64,000 nucleotides of DNA from Candidatus Heimdallarchaeum endolithica (GCA_021513715.1 CP084167.1:2272001-2336000), one strand, 5' to 3'. Positions 28,551-39,243 are shown, counted from the first letter of the stretch. Numbers and translations: made by a program. The notes: generated from the letters alone by a model not told the origin.

Positions 28551-31274
28551 TTATTCCTCTTTTTTTCTTAAAATATTCCTACACTTTCTAGTCAATTGGT
28601 CTAGTAGATTTATTGCTTCAATTGGCGTAATCTTGTTCACATTAATATTTGCAATGTCTTGGAGAAGTTTGTATTCTCTTTCTTGTAAAATACCTGATTT
28701 CTTAGTGAAAGTTTTTTTGTTTTCTATGGCAGATTGAAAAGCTGTTTCTCCTAACAGTGTAACTTGTACAGGAGTGAGTTTACCTTTCTTTACTCTTTCT
28801 TCTTGCTTTTCTTCTCTTTGTTCTTTGTTGTTCATTTGTGCATGAAGAACGTGTAAAACTTCATTTGCTCTTTCTATGACTCTCTGTGGAATACCAGCTA
28901 AAGAAGCTACATGTACCCCATAAGATTCATCTATTCCTCCTTCTTTTACCTTGTATAAGAAATGAACACTACCGTTCACGTTTTTTACTGCAACGTGGTA
29001 ATTCTTTACTCTCGGAAGAATATTTTCTAGTTCTATTAATTCATGATAATGTGTTGCCAATAATGTCCTTGGTCCTATCCTTCCAATATTGTTGTGTAGA
29101 TATTCAGCTATTGCCCAAGCTAAAGCTACTCCATCAAAAGTTGAAGTTCCTCTTCCTATTTCATCAAGTATTACTAGACTTCGTTCTGTTGCATTATTTA
29201 GGATATTGGCGCTTTCTATCATCTCTACCATAAATGTAGACCGATTTTCGATTAATACATCATGTGCTCCAATACGTGTGAAAATCCTATCCGTCAAACC
29301 TATACGGGACTTTGATGCAGGGACAAAACTACCTATATGAGCTAAAAGAACTATCAAAGCTGTTTGTCTGAGGAAAGTTGACTTTCCTGACATATTAGGT
29401 CCTGTTATAATTAGAAGTCTATTCTTTTTTTCTTCTATGATACAGTCATTAGGAATAAAGGTGGAATCTTTTAACAACTGCTCAACTACGGGGTGTCTTC
29501 CCTCCTTGATGTAGTAACTGTTTTCTTCTATTATTTCTGGCTTCGTATAATTGAAATTTACTGCATTCTGAGCAAAAGTGGATAAAACATCCAGTACAGC
29601 ACAATAATAAGCAGTCTCTTTTATTTGGTTGGTAAACTTTGAAATTTCATTTAATATCTCATTGTATAATCTCTCTTCTATCGCTATAATTTTCTCTTCT
29701 GCAGACAGTATTTTTATTTCATACTCTTTTAATTCTGGAGTGATGTATCGTTCTGCATTAGTCAAAGTTTGCTTTCGTTCATATTCTGCAGGTACTTGAT
29801 CAGAGTATGCTTTGCTTACCTCAATAAAGTAGCCAAATACTTTGTTGAACTTGACTTTTAATGTTTTAATGCCTGTACGTTGTTTTTCTCTCGCTTCAAG
29901 AGATTGTAAAAACTTTTTACTGTTTTTTCTAATATTTTTAAGTTCATCTAATTCCTTGTTATATCCCTCTTTTATTACTGTCCCGTCTCCTATTGATGCA
30001 CTTGCATTTTCAGAAATTGTCCTTTCAATGATATTTACTACCTCTTTTAGAGGATTAAGTTTTTCTCTTATTTCAATAAAATATGAGGATTGATACTTTG
30101 ACAAAAGTTTCTTTATTTCAGGTATAAGTTGTAACGTTTCTTTTAGAGCAAGAAGTTCTCGTGGTCTGGCTCTCCCTAACGCTACTCTACTTATGATTCT
30201 TTCAATATCACTCATATCTCCGAGTATTTCTCTAATATCTTCTCGTGTGATAATATCTTGAAATAATTCATCTACAGCATCTAATCTTTTCTCAATTATC
30301 GCTCTATCTAAACTCGGATGGAGTAACCATCTGGTAAGAAGCCTTGATCCAGGTCCAGTTTTTGTGTTATCCAGTATGTATCTTAATGTCCCAAATTCTG
30401 TTCTATCCCTTACATTACTTATTAGTTCTAGACTCATTATTGTTGTTGAGTCGAGAATCATAAACTCATCTGTTTTGATCTTAGAAATTTTTGTGATATT
30501 TGGAAAAGTCTCTCTAAATTGAGTTTCTCTAAGATAATTTATTATAGCTCCTGCAGCAGCAATATACACTCCATCTTCTTCTAATCCAAAACCATCCAGT
30601 GTAGCTAATTGAAAAAACTTGAGTAAATCTTGTCTTCCTTGTTCAACATCAAAATAATAACTTGGTTTAAATGTTAATACACACTGCTTTGTATTATATT
30701 GAAGATTTAATGTTTCCCAGAGTTCTTTTTCGATTATTATCTCAGCTGGAGATAAGCGTGTAAATTCTACATCTAAACTTGCTTCATCTGAAAAATCTGT
30801 AACATAGAAGTCCCCTGTAGACAAATCTAATGCAGCTAAACCATATTTATCATTTTCTTTTGATATTGCAATAAGAAAATTATTGCTTTTTTTGAGGGAC
30901 TCTGGAGCAAGAACTGTCCCTTTTGAGACTAATCTTACTACTCCTCTTTTGACTATTGTTTTTGCTTTACTTGGATCTTCAAGTTGTTCTACAATAGCAA
31001 CTTTGTATCCTTGCTCTACCATCCTAGCAAGGTAAGAGTCAACTGCGTGATAGGGTACACCTGCAAGAGGCCATTCTGTTTCTGCAGTTTTTCTAGATGT
31101 TAAAGTGATATTAAGGGCTTTAGATGTAATAATAGCATCTTCTTTAAATGTTTCATAAAAATCTCCCAAACGCCAAAATATTATATGTTCTGGGTATTGT
31201 TTTTTTACTTCTAACCACTGTTTTTGCATTGGGGTGAGTTTCTTTTTATGACTGTCATCAAATCTTTTCATCAT
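28551..31274 (-). CDS. mutS: DNA mismatch repair protein MutS (MutS1 type)
   Basis: TPMQKQW, GDFYE mismatch motif, GPNMSGKST, STFMVEM, DEIGRGTST, ATHYHEL. Confidence 0.97.
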   Translation of the reverse strand: MMKRFDDSHKKKLTPMQKQWLEVKKQYPEHIIFWRLGDFYETFKEDAIITSKALNITLTSRKTAETEWPLAGVPYHAVDSYLARMVEQGYKVAIVEQLEDPSKAKTIVKRGVVRLVSKGTVLAPESLKKSNNFLIAISKENDKYGLAALDLSTGDFYVTDFSDEASLDVEFTRLSPAEIIIEKELWETLNLQYNTKQCVLTFKPSYYFDVEQGRQDLLKFFQLATLDGFGLEEDGVYIAAAGAIINYLRETQFRETFPNITKISKIKTDEFMILDSTTIMSLELISNVRDRTEFGTLRYILDNTKTGPGSRLLTRWLLHPSLDRAIIEKRLDAVDELFQDIITREDIREILGDMSDIERIISRVALGRARPRELLALKETLQLIPEIKKLLSKYQSSYFIEIREKLNPLKEVVNIIERTISENASASIGDGTVIKEGYNKELDELKNIRKNSKKFLQSLEAREKQRTGIKTLKVKFNKVFGYFIEVSKAYSDQVPAEYERKQTLTNAERYITPELKEYEIKILSAEEKIIAIEERLYNEILNEISKFTNQIKETAYYCAVLDVLSTFAQNAVNFNYTKPEIIEENSYYIKEGRHPVVEQLLKDSTFIPNDCIIEEKKNRLLIITGPNMSGKSTFLRQTALIVLLAHIGSFVPASKSRIGLTDRIFTRIGAHDVLIENRSTFMVEMIESANILNNATERSLVILDEIGRGTSTFDGVALAWAIAEYLHNNIGRIGPRTLLATHYHELIELENILPRVKNYHVAVKNVNGSVHFLYKVKEGGIDESYGVHVASLAGIPQRVIERANEVLHVLHAQMNNKEQREEKQEERVKKGKLTPVQVTLLGETAFQSAIENKKTFTKKSGILQEREYKLLQDIANINVNKITPIEAINLLDQLTRKCRNILRKKEE

Positions 31275-31380
31275 ACACACTGTTTTAATTCATTTATTGT
31301 GTTGTTATTTGTTATAGTAAATATACCTGCAAGTAATGATTATTATTTTTACACTTTTAAATAATTATTGAAGTAAAAAA

Positions 31381-32220
31381 CTATTTTGTATCAAAGTGTT
31401 TTTCCTTTTTTTGAATGTAGTAGTCGTATACTTCTTTAGGTTGTTTTTTTGGGTCAGCAGCTCCCCAGGAGTATAATTCGTTATCGGGTATATTTTTATC
31501 CTCAAACCATGTTCCTTTTTCTAATTCGTCTTTAAGAGTTTTTATAATATTTATACTAGCGCTAGCACCAATCCTTGTTGCACCAGCATTTACTAGTAAA
31601 ACTGCTTTTTGAGCATCTCGTATTTCCCCAGCTGCTTTTATTCCAAGTTCATTTCCAACTGTCTGCTTCATCAAAGAAACATGATCATAATATGCACCCA
31701 TGGGCCCAAAACCAGTGCTTGTTTTTACGTAATGAGCTCCAGCTTGTTTAGATATATCACATGCTTTTACTATTTGTTCATCAGTAAGAAATCCTGTTTC
31801 CAGAATAACTTTCACTTTTGCTCCTCCTGCAGCAGAAACAACTTGTTGGATGTCATTTTTTATGAAATCATATTCTCCATCTCTAAAAAAGCCAACATTT
31901 AAAACCATATCTATTTCTTCTGCCCCTAATTCAATAGCTTTTTTAGTTTCAAAAGCTTTGGTTTCTGATGTACAAGCGCCTAATGGGAATCCAACTACCG
32001 CCGCAATTTTAATTTCTGTGTTCTTTAAAATATTATAAGCATATGAAACATAAGAACTATTAACACATACGGCTCCAAAATTGTATTCAATAGCTTCATC
32101 ACACAGTTTTTTTATCTCTTCTTTTTTCGCATATGGTCTAAGGTTTGTATGATCAATAATCTTAGCCATCTCTTCTATTGTAATTTTTCGATTATACACA
32201 GATAGTTCTAATGTTTTCAC
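31381..32220 (-). CDS. deoC: Deoxyribose-phosphate aldolase with a C-terminal extension
   Basis: IDHTNL, VVGFPLG, EIDMV, KVILET, VKTSTGF, IKAAG, RIGAS. GTG at 32220 is the likely start. Confidence 0.93.
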   Translation of the reverse strand: MKTLELSVYNRKITIEEMAKIIDHTNLRPYAKKEEIKKLCDEAIEYNFGAVCVNSSYVSYAYNILKNTEIKIAAVVGFPLGACTSETKAFETKKAIELGAEEIDMVLNVGFFRDGEYDFIKNDIQQVVSAAGGAKVKVILETGFLTDEQIVKACDISKQAGAHYVKTSTGFGPMGAYYDHVSLMKQTVGNELGIKAAGEIRDAQKAVLLVNAGATRIGASASINIIKTLKDELEKGTWFEDKNIPDNELYSWGAADPKKQPKEVYDYYIQKKEKHFDTK

Positions 32221-32242
32221 TAATAAAACTTTTTGGAAAGAA

Positions 32243-32352
32243 TAGTACTTCCGAATTATCTCAAAAAGTATGAATTGAGAACACGCCAATGATAGTATGA
32301 ACGCCTATAATTTTAACCTATAGAAATCGGTCAACTTATTGCGGAAGTACTA
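32243..32352. repeat. 11-bp perfect inverted repeat enclosing internal hairpins, upstream of deoC
   Basis: TAGTACTTCCG (32243-32253) and CGGAAGTACTA (32342-32352). Confidence 0.7.
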
Positions 32353-32393
32353 AAAGAAAACAGAAAAGTAATTTAAGTTGAAATGTGTTTCGT

Positions 32394-33614
32394 TTATTCT
32401 TCAATTTCAACTGTTTCAGTTTCAATCTGTTTTAGATCTTTTCCATACACAGCAAAGAAAACTACTCCAAGTACACCAAAACCAGTTGCTACAAAGAAAT
32501 TTGTTGCAGGATTGATATTCCAGAAAATTGCTGCACTAAATGCTGCAATGGAAACAATAATGTCTCGAATTAGATAATATGTACCAAACGTACTAGCTTT
32601 TGCGTCTTCTGGCGCTAAATCCATTATTAGAGCTTTTCTAGTCGGTTCTCCAAATTCTTTTAGTCCTCTGACAATAAATGCTATAATAAACATCCAAAAA
32701 TTATGACTGAAAAATAGTACTGTGGGAAAAATAGTAAAGAAAACAAAAGTTATTGCAACAAAAGGTTTTTTCCTTTGTGTTTTATCTGCAAAATAGGCTA
32801 CTGGTATATAGATTAATAATGCTGTTGTCATTTCGATTGCTGTTAAGAATCCAAATTGCAAGCTAGTGATTCCATTGTAATTCATTGCCCATATAGCCAG
32901 AAAAGCATAAGGTATCTGCTCAGCGAAACGGATGAGAATATCTGATATTAGCAGTGTTCGAAGTTCTGGTCTAATGTTATGTAGAGTTTCTCGTAAGCGC
33001 AAAGGGGCTTTGCTTTTCTTTGGTGGTTCTTTAATAAAATAAATCTCTGCTATTGTTGCTATAAAAGCCAAAAACAAAGCTATAATAAATGAGATTCGAA
33101 CACCAATAACAATCCCATAGTAGCCAATAATTGCTCCACCAATGATTGGACCTAAAGCCATTGGGATTCTGCGAACTAATGAGTGTAAACTGACACCCAT
33201 TGCTCTTCTGTCTTTTCCTACAACAGTAGAAACTAAATCCATTATTGCTGGTAGGGAGATGGCTGTCCAAGATAAGAAAAAAACTGCTCCAAGAATTACG
33301 GCCCACCAAGTAGAAATAATAATAACAATGCTGAAACCAATCATTGCCATAATGTTAAACACAACTAAAGCTTTCTTATAACCTATTTTATCACTTAAAT
33401 ATCCACCTGGAAAAGAATAAAGAGCAGAAAGAAAATTGTCTGTTCCATTAAGAGCACTAACAATAAAATTTGTTCCACCTATAGCTAATAAATAAACAGG
33501 TAAAAATCTTTCAGCTAATTTTTCCCCAAGACCAACGAATATGACCATTAACATCATAGTGATCATACTAGGAGTAAACAACGATGAAATTGATTGCTTT
33601 GGGTTGGATTCCAT
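32394..33614 (-). CDS. MFS transporter
   Basis: 12-TM pattern with GYLSDKIGYKK motif A. Confidence 0.88.
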   Translation of the reverse strand: MESNPKQSISSLFTPSMITMMLMVIFVGLGEKLAERFLPVYLLAIGGTNFIVSALNGTDNFLSALYSFPGGYLSDKIGYKKALVVFNIMAMIGFSIVIIISTWWAVILGAVFFLSWTAISLPAIMDLVSTVVGKDRRAMGVSLHSLVRRIPMALGPIIGGAIIGYYGIVIGVRISFIIALFLAFIATIAEIYFIKEPPKKSKAPLRLRETLHNIRPELRTLLISDILIRFAEQIPYAFLAIWAMNYNGITSLQFGFLTAIEMTTALLIYIPVAYFADKTQRKKPFVAITFVFFTIFPTVLFFSHNFWMFIIAFIVRGLKEFGEPTRKALIMDLAPEDAKASTFGTYYLIRDIIVSIAAFSAAIFWNINPATNFFVATGFGVLGVVFFAVYGKDLKQIETETVEIEE

Positions 33615-33849
33615 TTTGCTCGACGGCAATTTATTCTCTTACTCTTTAAATTTTATGTAAAAACGCTTACTAATTATAGTTGATCTATTGTTAATTTTTA
33701 GATTATTTTGAATTTCTCAAAATAGAAAGAAAATTGAAAAATATTTCTTAATCAGAAAAAGACTTTTAAATATGTTAAAGTCCATGAACGTGATATTATA
33801 TTAATTGAATAGAATATAGTCAACTATAAAATAATTGAGGTTATAATAA

Positions 33850-35949
33850 ATGTACAAAACGAAACAAATAGTAACTTTATCCATTCTTATCTTAGTTAGT
33901 GTTTCATTTTCATCTATATTTGTTAAAGGACAAAGTGAGACACAAGTAGATATTGGTAGCAATAGCATGAAAACAGCGCCCACTTTCGTTACTGGTGATA
34001 TACTTGCAAATATCACTGATGATTCCGCGTTCGGGCTTAATGCAACAGCAAAAGTAAACAGATCTGTGTTTTTTGGTTATTATGGTATTGTATCCATTAA
34101 TGATAGTATTGAGTTTAATTTGTATGAAAATGATTCTGTTATATACTTTAACTACACTATTGCAAATATTAATGCAAATAACCTCACCTATTGTAGCTTT
34201 AAAATAGCAAATTATTCTATTGATATGTTACAGTACAGAAATGCTACAAGAAACTACGTTTATGAGAAAGGACTAAATTATACAACATTTAGAGTACCTT
34301 TTCTTTCTAATTATTCAAGTATTTCTGGAAACAGCACTTTCTTCATCAATGCCTATCTTGAATTTGCTTATCCATTTGAATATACAATTGAAAGTGGAGA
34401 ACAAGTTCTTCACTATAAAGAACTACTTTATCCTTTAATTAATAACGTACCCATTATAAACGGCTCAACAACAGTAAAGAAGCAATCTGGTGAAGCTCAA
34501 GAAGGAATAGGCGAAAAATTCCTAGACGATGATAACCATGTTGTTACCCCACAAGAATATATGGTGTCCAACGCTAGTAGTGGGATATTGAAATGGGAGA
34601 ATTTCACTAGGGATGCTTTTAATTATTCTCAATCTATTGATGATGATCTTGTTATGAATATATGGACAATTTCTATTAGTGGTACTCCCTCAGAAGCTCA
34701 ACAGGTTTCTTCTGCTACTGTATTGTTTAAATCTGTTGAATCAAAAAGAAAATTTGATATTAATCCTTATGGAACAGTAAAAATTACTGAAACCCATTAT
34801 GTTCAATATTTAGGACCAGATCATCCTGAAGGGCAACCTATTACCCTCTTTAAATCATATAAATTAAATTCCTTCCAATTAACACTCGAACCTAATGCAA
34901 CAGTGAAATCTTTAACAGACCAGCTCGGGCATCTAAATGTAAAATATCAATTAGACAATGGTATCTACTCACCTGGAACATATACTTTGGCTGATAGTAG
35001 CCTTTATCCAGGCTATAAAGTTTTAACAGTTCATCCTCGATACCCTCTTAAACATGGAGAAATAATCGATTGTACAATAGTTTATACTGTTCCTCTTGAA
35101 CAATTTATGCTTAAAGAGAAAGATACTAATCGCTATAGTATCAGATTATCTCCTCTGTCAATATATAATTGGACAGTAGATAAGATGACATTAGATATAG
35201 TTCTTCCTCGTGGAGCTGTATATAAACAATCCAATTATTCTGCTGGAGATCCTTATCAAGATTTACAGATTAGTTATAGCAAACAGTTCAAACTTTGGAA
35301 ACTTGGTTTCGAAAGAATTTTAACCTATTCTGGAACAAATCTTTCACCAGCTGATAACAGAATATTCTATGTTGATATTACCTATGCTAGGGCAAATCTG
35401 TTCATTAGTTATATCCTGTTAGTTGTTCTCTTAAGTGCTGTTGTGGGATTAATATCACTGTTTAATTGGCTCTCAAAGAAAGTGAAAAAAATTGAAGATT
35501 TAGAAGCTGAAAAAGAATTTGTCCCAGTTGATGAAATACGCTTGTTTGTAAAATTATATGAAGAAGTCTTAGGTATCAAGGATAGAATAAGACAAACAAA
35601 AGAAAAAGTGGCAAAGAAAAAAATGACTGTAAAAGAAGGGAAACAGTTAATCACTGACTTAAGCATACGTCTACGACAAACAGAAGAGAAATTAAAAGAT
35701 GCAAAGACTAATCTTGCAAAACATGGTGGAAAATATAAGAATGCTGTTCAAGAAATTGAAATAAACGAACGTAAACTCCTTGAGGAAAGAAGGAACCAAC
35801 AAACTCTACAACAAGAATATAAGAGAAAGAAGACTCTTACGAAAGAAGCTTATAGACGACTTTTCAGAGAAAGACAAAAGAACATTGAAAAATTAACTAA
35901 TGAGATAAATGGCAGACTTGTCAATCTTAGATTATTAATAGAAGACTAA
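33850..35949 (+). CDS. Ribophorin I (OST1/RPN1)-like membrane protein
   Basis: Signal peptide. RKFDINPYGTVKITETHYV, HPRYPL..G......YTVP and DIVLPRGA match ribophorin-I luminal motifs. Single TM followed by a cytoplasmic helical tail. Confidence 0.75.
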   Translation: MYKTKQIVTLSILILVSVSFSSIFVKGQSETQVDIGSNSMKTAPTFVTGDILANITDDSAFGLNATAKVNRSVFFGYYGIVSINDSIEFNLYENDSVIYFNYTIANINANNLTYCSFKIANYSIDMLQYRNATRNYVYEKGLNYTTFRVPFLSNYSSISGNSTFFINAYLEFAYPFEYTIESGEQVLHYKELLYPLINNVPIINGSTTVKKQSGEAQEGIGEKFLDDDNHVVTPQEYMVSNASSGILKWENFTRDAFNYSQSIDDDLVMNIWTISISGTPSEAQQVSSATVLFKSVESKRKFDINPYGTVKITETHYVQYLGPDHPEGQPITLFKSYKLNSFQLTLEPNATVKSLTDQLGHLNVKYQLDNGIYSPGTYTLADSSLYPGYKVLTVHPRYPLKHGEIIDCTIVYTVPLEQFMLKEKDTNRYSIRLSPLSIYNWTVDKMTLDIVLPRGAVYKQSNYSAGDPYQDLQISYSKQFKLWKLGFERILTYSGTNLSPADNRIFYVDITYARANLFISYILLVVLLSAVVGLISLFNWLSKKVKKIEDLEAEKEFVPVDEIRLFVKLYEEVLGIKDRIRQTKEKVAKKKMTVKEGKQLITDLSIRLRQTEEKLKDAKTNLAKHGGKYKNAVQEIEINERKLLEERRNQQTLQQEYKRKKTLTKEAYRRLFRERQKNIEKLTNEINGRLVNLRLLIED

Positions 35950-36058
35950 TTACTACCTTTTTCTATCTTTTTTCAACTTCTTATTAACTTTTCAATTTTT
36001 ATTTCTTATTTTTTCTTTAATGAAAAAAGATTAATTTGTATTATTCAATCTATAAATA

Positions 36059-36862
36059 ATGTCAAATCTATCGGAAAATGAGAAAAAAAAATACGTGCGA
36101 CAAATCATTTTGGATAATGTTGGAATTAGAGGACAAGAGAAATTAAAAGAATCTAAAATTTTAGTTGTAGGTTCCGGGGGATTGGGATCAAGTGTTCTTT
36201 ATTATTTAGCAAGTAGTGGTGTTGGGACATTAGGAATCATAGATAAAGATCTAGTTGAATATTCTAATTTAAATAGACAAATCATTCATTTTGAGAAAGA
36301 TGTTGGAAAATCAAAAACTCAGTCTGCTAAAGAGAAACTGTCTTTGTTAAACAAAGATATTACAATTAACACTTATCAATTTGAAATAAATTCTCTTAAT
36401 GCTGAATCGATAATTGCAGACTATGATTTTATTGTTGAAGCTAGCGATAATTTTGAAACAAAGTTTTTAGTAAATGATACTTGTGTAAAATTAGGTAAAG
36501 CTTTTACTATCGCTGGTGTAATGAAATTTGAAGGACAAATAATGACTGTTATTCCAAAGTTTTCTGCTTGCTATAGATGTGTGTTTAGTGAAATACCTGA
36601 ACCTGGAACATATCCTAATAGTTGTGAACTTGGTATCATGGGTACTACAGCAGGTTTTTTTGGTATAATTGAAGCAAATGAGGCTATTAAGTATATATTA
36701 TTTAATGATAGTGATTCAATTAACGACAAATTGCTTGTAAACAAAATCCTTTATGTTGATTTAGAATCCAATTTGTTCGACACTATTATTATTCAAAAGA
36801 ATGAAGAGTGTACTGCGTGTGAAAAAGCAAAAAAGCATAGATATTTCGAATCATTAACTTGA
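36059..36862 (+). CDS. ThiF/MoeB/UbaA family E1-like adenylyltransferase
   Basis: YVRQI, GQEKL, VGSGGLG, SNLNRQ, SDNFETK, CYRC and CTAC Zn sites. Confidence 0.9.
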   Translation: MSNLSENEKKKYVRQIILDNVGIRGQEKLKESKILVVGSGGLGSSVLYYLASSGVGTLGIIDKDLVEYSNLNRQIIHFEKDVGKSKTQSAKEKLSLLNKDITINTYQFEINSLNAESIIADYDFIVEASDNFETKFLVNDTCVKLGKAFTIAGVMKFEGQIMTVIPKFSACYRCVFSEIPEPGTYPNSCELGIMGTTAGFFGIIEANEAIKYILFNDSDSINDKLLVNKILYVDLESNLFDTIIIQKNEECTACEKAKKHRYFESLT

Positions 36863-36938
36863 TTTTTGTATAAAATTTTTTATGTTAATCTCACTTTCAG
36901 GAAAGGTCTATGATTAATAACTTCAATATCCTTCTTCA

Positions 36939-37355
36939 TTAGAATATGATCTCTTCATTTAACTCTTCTTCTATTTCTTCTTCTAATTTAAGCCAGTTTA
37001 ATTCAATAAAGTTGTTTAAAGCATGTTCCATTTCTCTCAATGTTTCTAGTAGCATTTTTTTAGCTTTTTTCTCTGAAACACCAGAGTAGGAATATTTTAT
37101 TCCTCCTTTTTCCAACTTTTTAGCAGTTTTCTTGATTAGTCCTTTTTTTATTAAATCGTTGGTTAACCTAAGTGCTGTTGTTCTGTCTCTATTAATGAAC
37201 GAAGCAATTTCTATAATATGTCGTGGTTTTTTTAAAGAATAAAAATAAATCCTTACTTGTATTGGTTTCATCCCAAACAAACATTCAAAGATATCACAGC
37301 GTTTTCCTTGTTTTACGACTTCTGGAAGCTTAGTAAAGCACCTATCTATTGGCAT
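36939..37355 (-). CDS. HTH transcriptional regulator (TrmB/MarR-like)
   Basis: C.FG, IASFINRDRTTALR, L..KGLI, GG..Y.Y. Confidence 0.75.
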   Translation of the reverse strand: MPIDRCFTKLPEVVKQGKRCDIFECLFGMKPIQVRIYFYSLKKPRHIIEIASFINRDRTTALRLTNDLIKKGLIKKTAKKLEKGGIKYSYSGVSEKKAKKMLLETLREMEHALNNFIELNWLKLEEEIEEELNEEIIF

Positions 37356-37546
37356 TAAATCACCGAATGTGTGTCATATCTCCACATAATAAATGTTGTG
37401 TTTTTTCAAACAAAGAATTTGGGAGCTTTTTTGTTATCAAATAATGAAAGGCAATAAATTAGTTAATATTATCTGATAGCTTTACGTGTTGGAAATAGCA
37501 AAATTCATTTATACTCAAATAAGTTTACTCATTAAGGGTAAAAAAA

Positions 37547-37987
37547 ATGTTTCAACAACCAGGGATGGGTATAGATCCAAATAAATTTGTTTCACAGATG
37601 ATTCTTCAAGCATTACAAGCTTTTTATAATCAGGATTATGAGACTGGTGTTCATTTTATAAATCAGATAAGAGCAAATTTACCTCGTTTTATGTATAAAT
37701 TAAATCCTAGCCTAAGGACTTTATGTAAAGATATTGTGAAACTTGTTCAAGGAGGAAGTTTGGTTAGACAACATGCGCTAGGTGAAGATAAAATTGAACC
37801 TCAAAGTTCTATTGAAAGTGGAACTTCTATGCCACCATCTGATTTATCTAAAACTGAGGAAAAAGTACCTACCGATTTCATAACTGAACTTAGTTCTGCT
37901 GTTAAATCTCAACAGGAGAAGAAGAAAAAGAAAGTTGTAGAAGAATTGAAAGGTTCAATATCTGATTTAGAAGATTTTGATTTCTAG
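37547..37987 (+). CDS. Hypothetical protein
   Basis: 146-aa ORF: helical N-terminal domain, low-complexity linker, basic then acidic tail. Confidence 0.7.
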   Translation: MFQQPGMGIDPNKFVSQMILQALQAFYNQDYETGVHFINQIRANLPRFMYKLNPSLRTLCKDIVKLVQGGSLVRQHALGEDKIEPQSSIESGTSMPPSDLSKTEEKVPTDFITELSSAVKSQQEKKKKKVVEELKGSISDLEDFDF

Positions 37988-38000
37988 CAATAGACGATCT

Positions 38001-38414
38001 CTAACTAGTAAAATAAAAGTTTTCTAAGATGTTTAAATAATGTTCAATTTTTGCGATACAAGTGTTAATTTGATTGGTAAGTGGAGTATTAAGATTCTCA
38101 TTCAATATCTTTCTGAAAATTAAATTATAATATGTTAATTGAAAAACAAGCTGAACAATACGTGCGTAATTAACCACAGGTGAGATGTTATTGATCTTTA
38201 TCATTATCTCTTGTTCTTCTTCTTCTGACAAATTGAAATCAAGCCCTAATACAAATAATTGCTCAAAAATGTAACGAGACTCTTTTAATAGTTCTATTAA
38301 TTGCTCTGCTTTATCTGACAGTTCAGGGACCTCATTTTTAATGTCATTAGCGCTGTATGTTAAATTATCAACTTGCATTAGATTAACACTGTTTACCTTT
38401 TTACAACTAGACAA
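38001..38414 (-). CDS. Hypothetical helical protein (start may be the ATG at 38378)
   Basis: ORF fills the intergenic space; no motif recognised. Confidence 0.55.
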   Translation of the reverse strand: MSSCKKVNSVNLMQVDNLTYSANDIKNEVPELSDKAEQLIELLKESRYIFEQLFVLGLDFNLSEEEEQEIMIKINNISPVVNYARIVQLVFQLTYYNLIFRKILNENLNTPLTNQINTCIAKIEHYLNILENFYFTS

Positions 38415-38508
38415 TGAAAAACCATTTTTAAATATATTTGATTCCTTAACAACTTTCTAATAAATTCGCAACAAAAATGTTTAAAACAAAACATTTTCTT
38501 TAAACCTT

Positions 38509-39078
38509 ATGACGGAAAATAACTTTTTTGTGCATCCTTCAGCATTTGTAGAAGAAGAAGCAGAAATCGGTGAAGGAAGTAAAATCTGGCATCAAGCTCA
38601 AATACGAACTAAAGCTAAATTGGGAAAAAATTGTATTATTGGAAAAGCCTCTTTTATTGACATTGAAGTAAAAATAGGTGATAATGTTAAAGTTCAAAAT
38701 TTTGTAAGTGTATATCATGGTGTAGAAGTTGAAGATGATGTTTTTATTGGACCTCATGCCTGTTTCACAAACGATATGTTTCCACGCTCTGTAAACCCTG
38801 ATTGGAAATTAGTGCGTACTTATGTGAAAAAAGGTGCATCAATTGGTGCTAATTCAACTATTGTGTGTGGTACTACATTAAATGAATACTGTATGGTTGG
38901 AGCTGGAAGTGTTGTGACAAAAGACGTTCCTGCTTTTGCTTTAGTATATGGGAATCCTGCAAAGTTAAGAGGCTATGTGTGTTATTGCGGCTCTATCTTG
39001 AGAAAAACAAATGAACCACTTCCACAAGGTACAAAATTAAACTGTGATAAATGTGGAAAGAAAGTTATTATCAAATAA
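38509..39078 (+). CDS. Hexapeptide-repeat N-acetyltransferase (WbpD/WlbB-like)
   Basis: Left-handed beta-helix repeats, KIWH, FTND, GASIGAN, GNPA; C-terminal CxC..CxxC. Confidence 0.88.
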   Translation: MTENNFFVHPSAFVEEEAEIGEGSKIWHQAQIRTKAKLGKNCIIGKASFIDIEVKIGDNVKVQNFVSVYHGVEVEDDVFIGPHACFTNDMFPRSVNPDWKLVRTYVKKGASIGANSTIVCGTTLNEYCMVGAGSVVTKDVPAFALVYGNPAKLRGYVCYCGSILRKTNEPLPQGTKLNCDKCGKKVIIK

Positions 39079-39243
39079 GCTAATACACTTATTTAATGAA
39101 ATATGTTGTTTTTATTTTATTATTTTTTAAAACTAATTTATTTAATTACTAACGTTATACCAAAGTTTTTATTGTGTGTTGCATATAACAAATTACTTTA
39201 ATTCTTCCGACATAAAGGAGGTCACTGCTTAGAGGAGAAGAAA

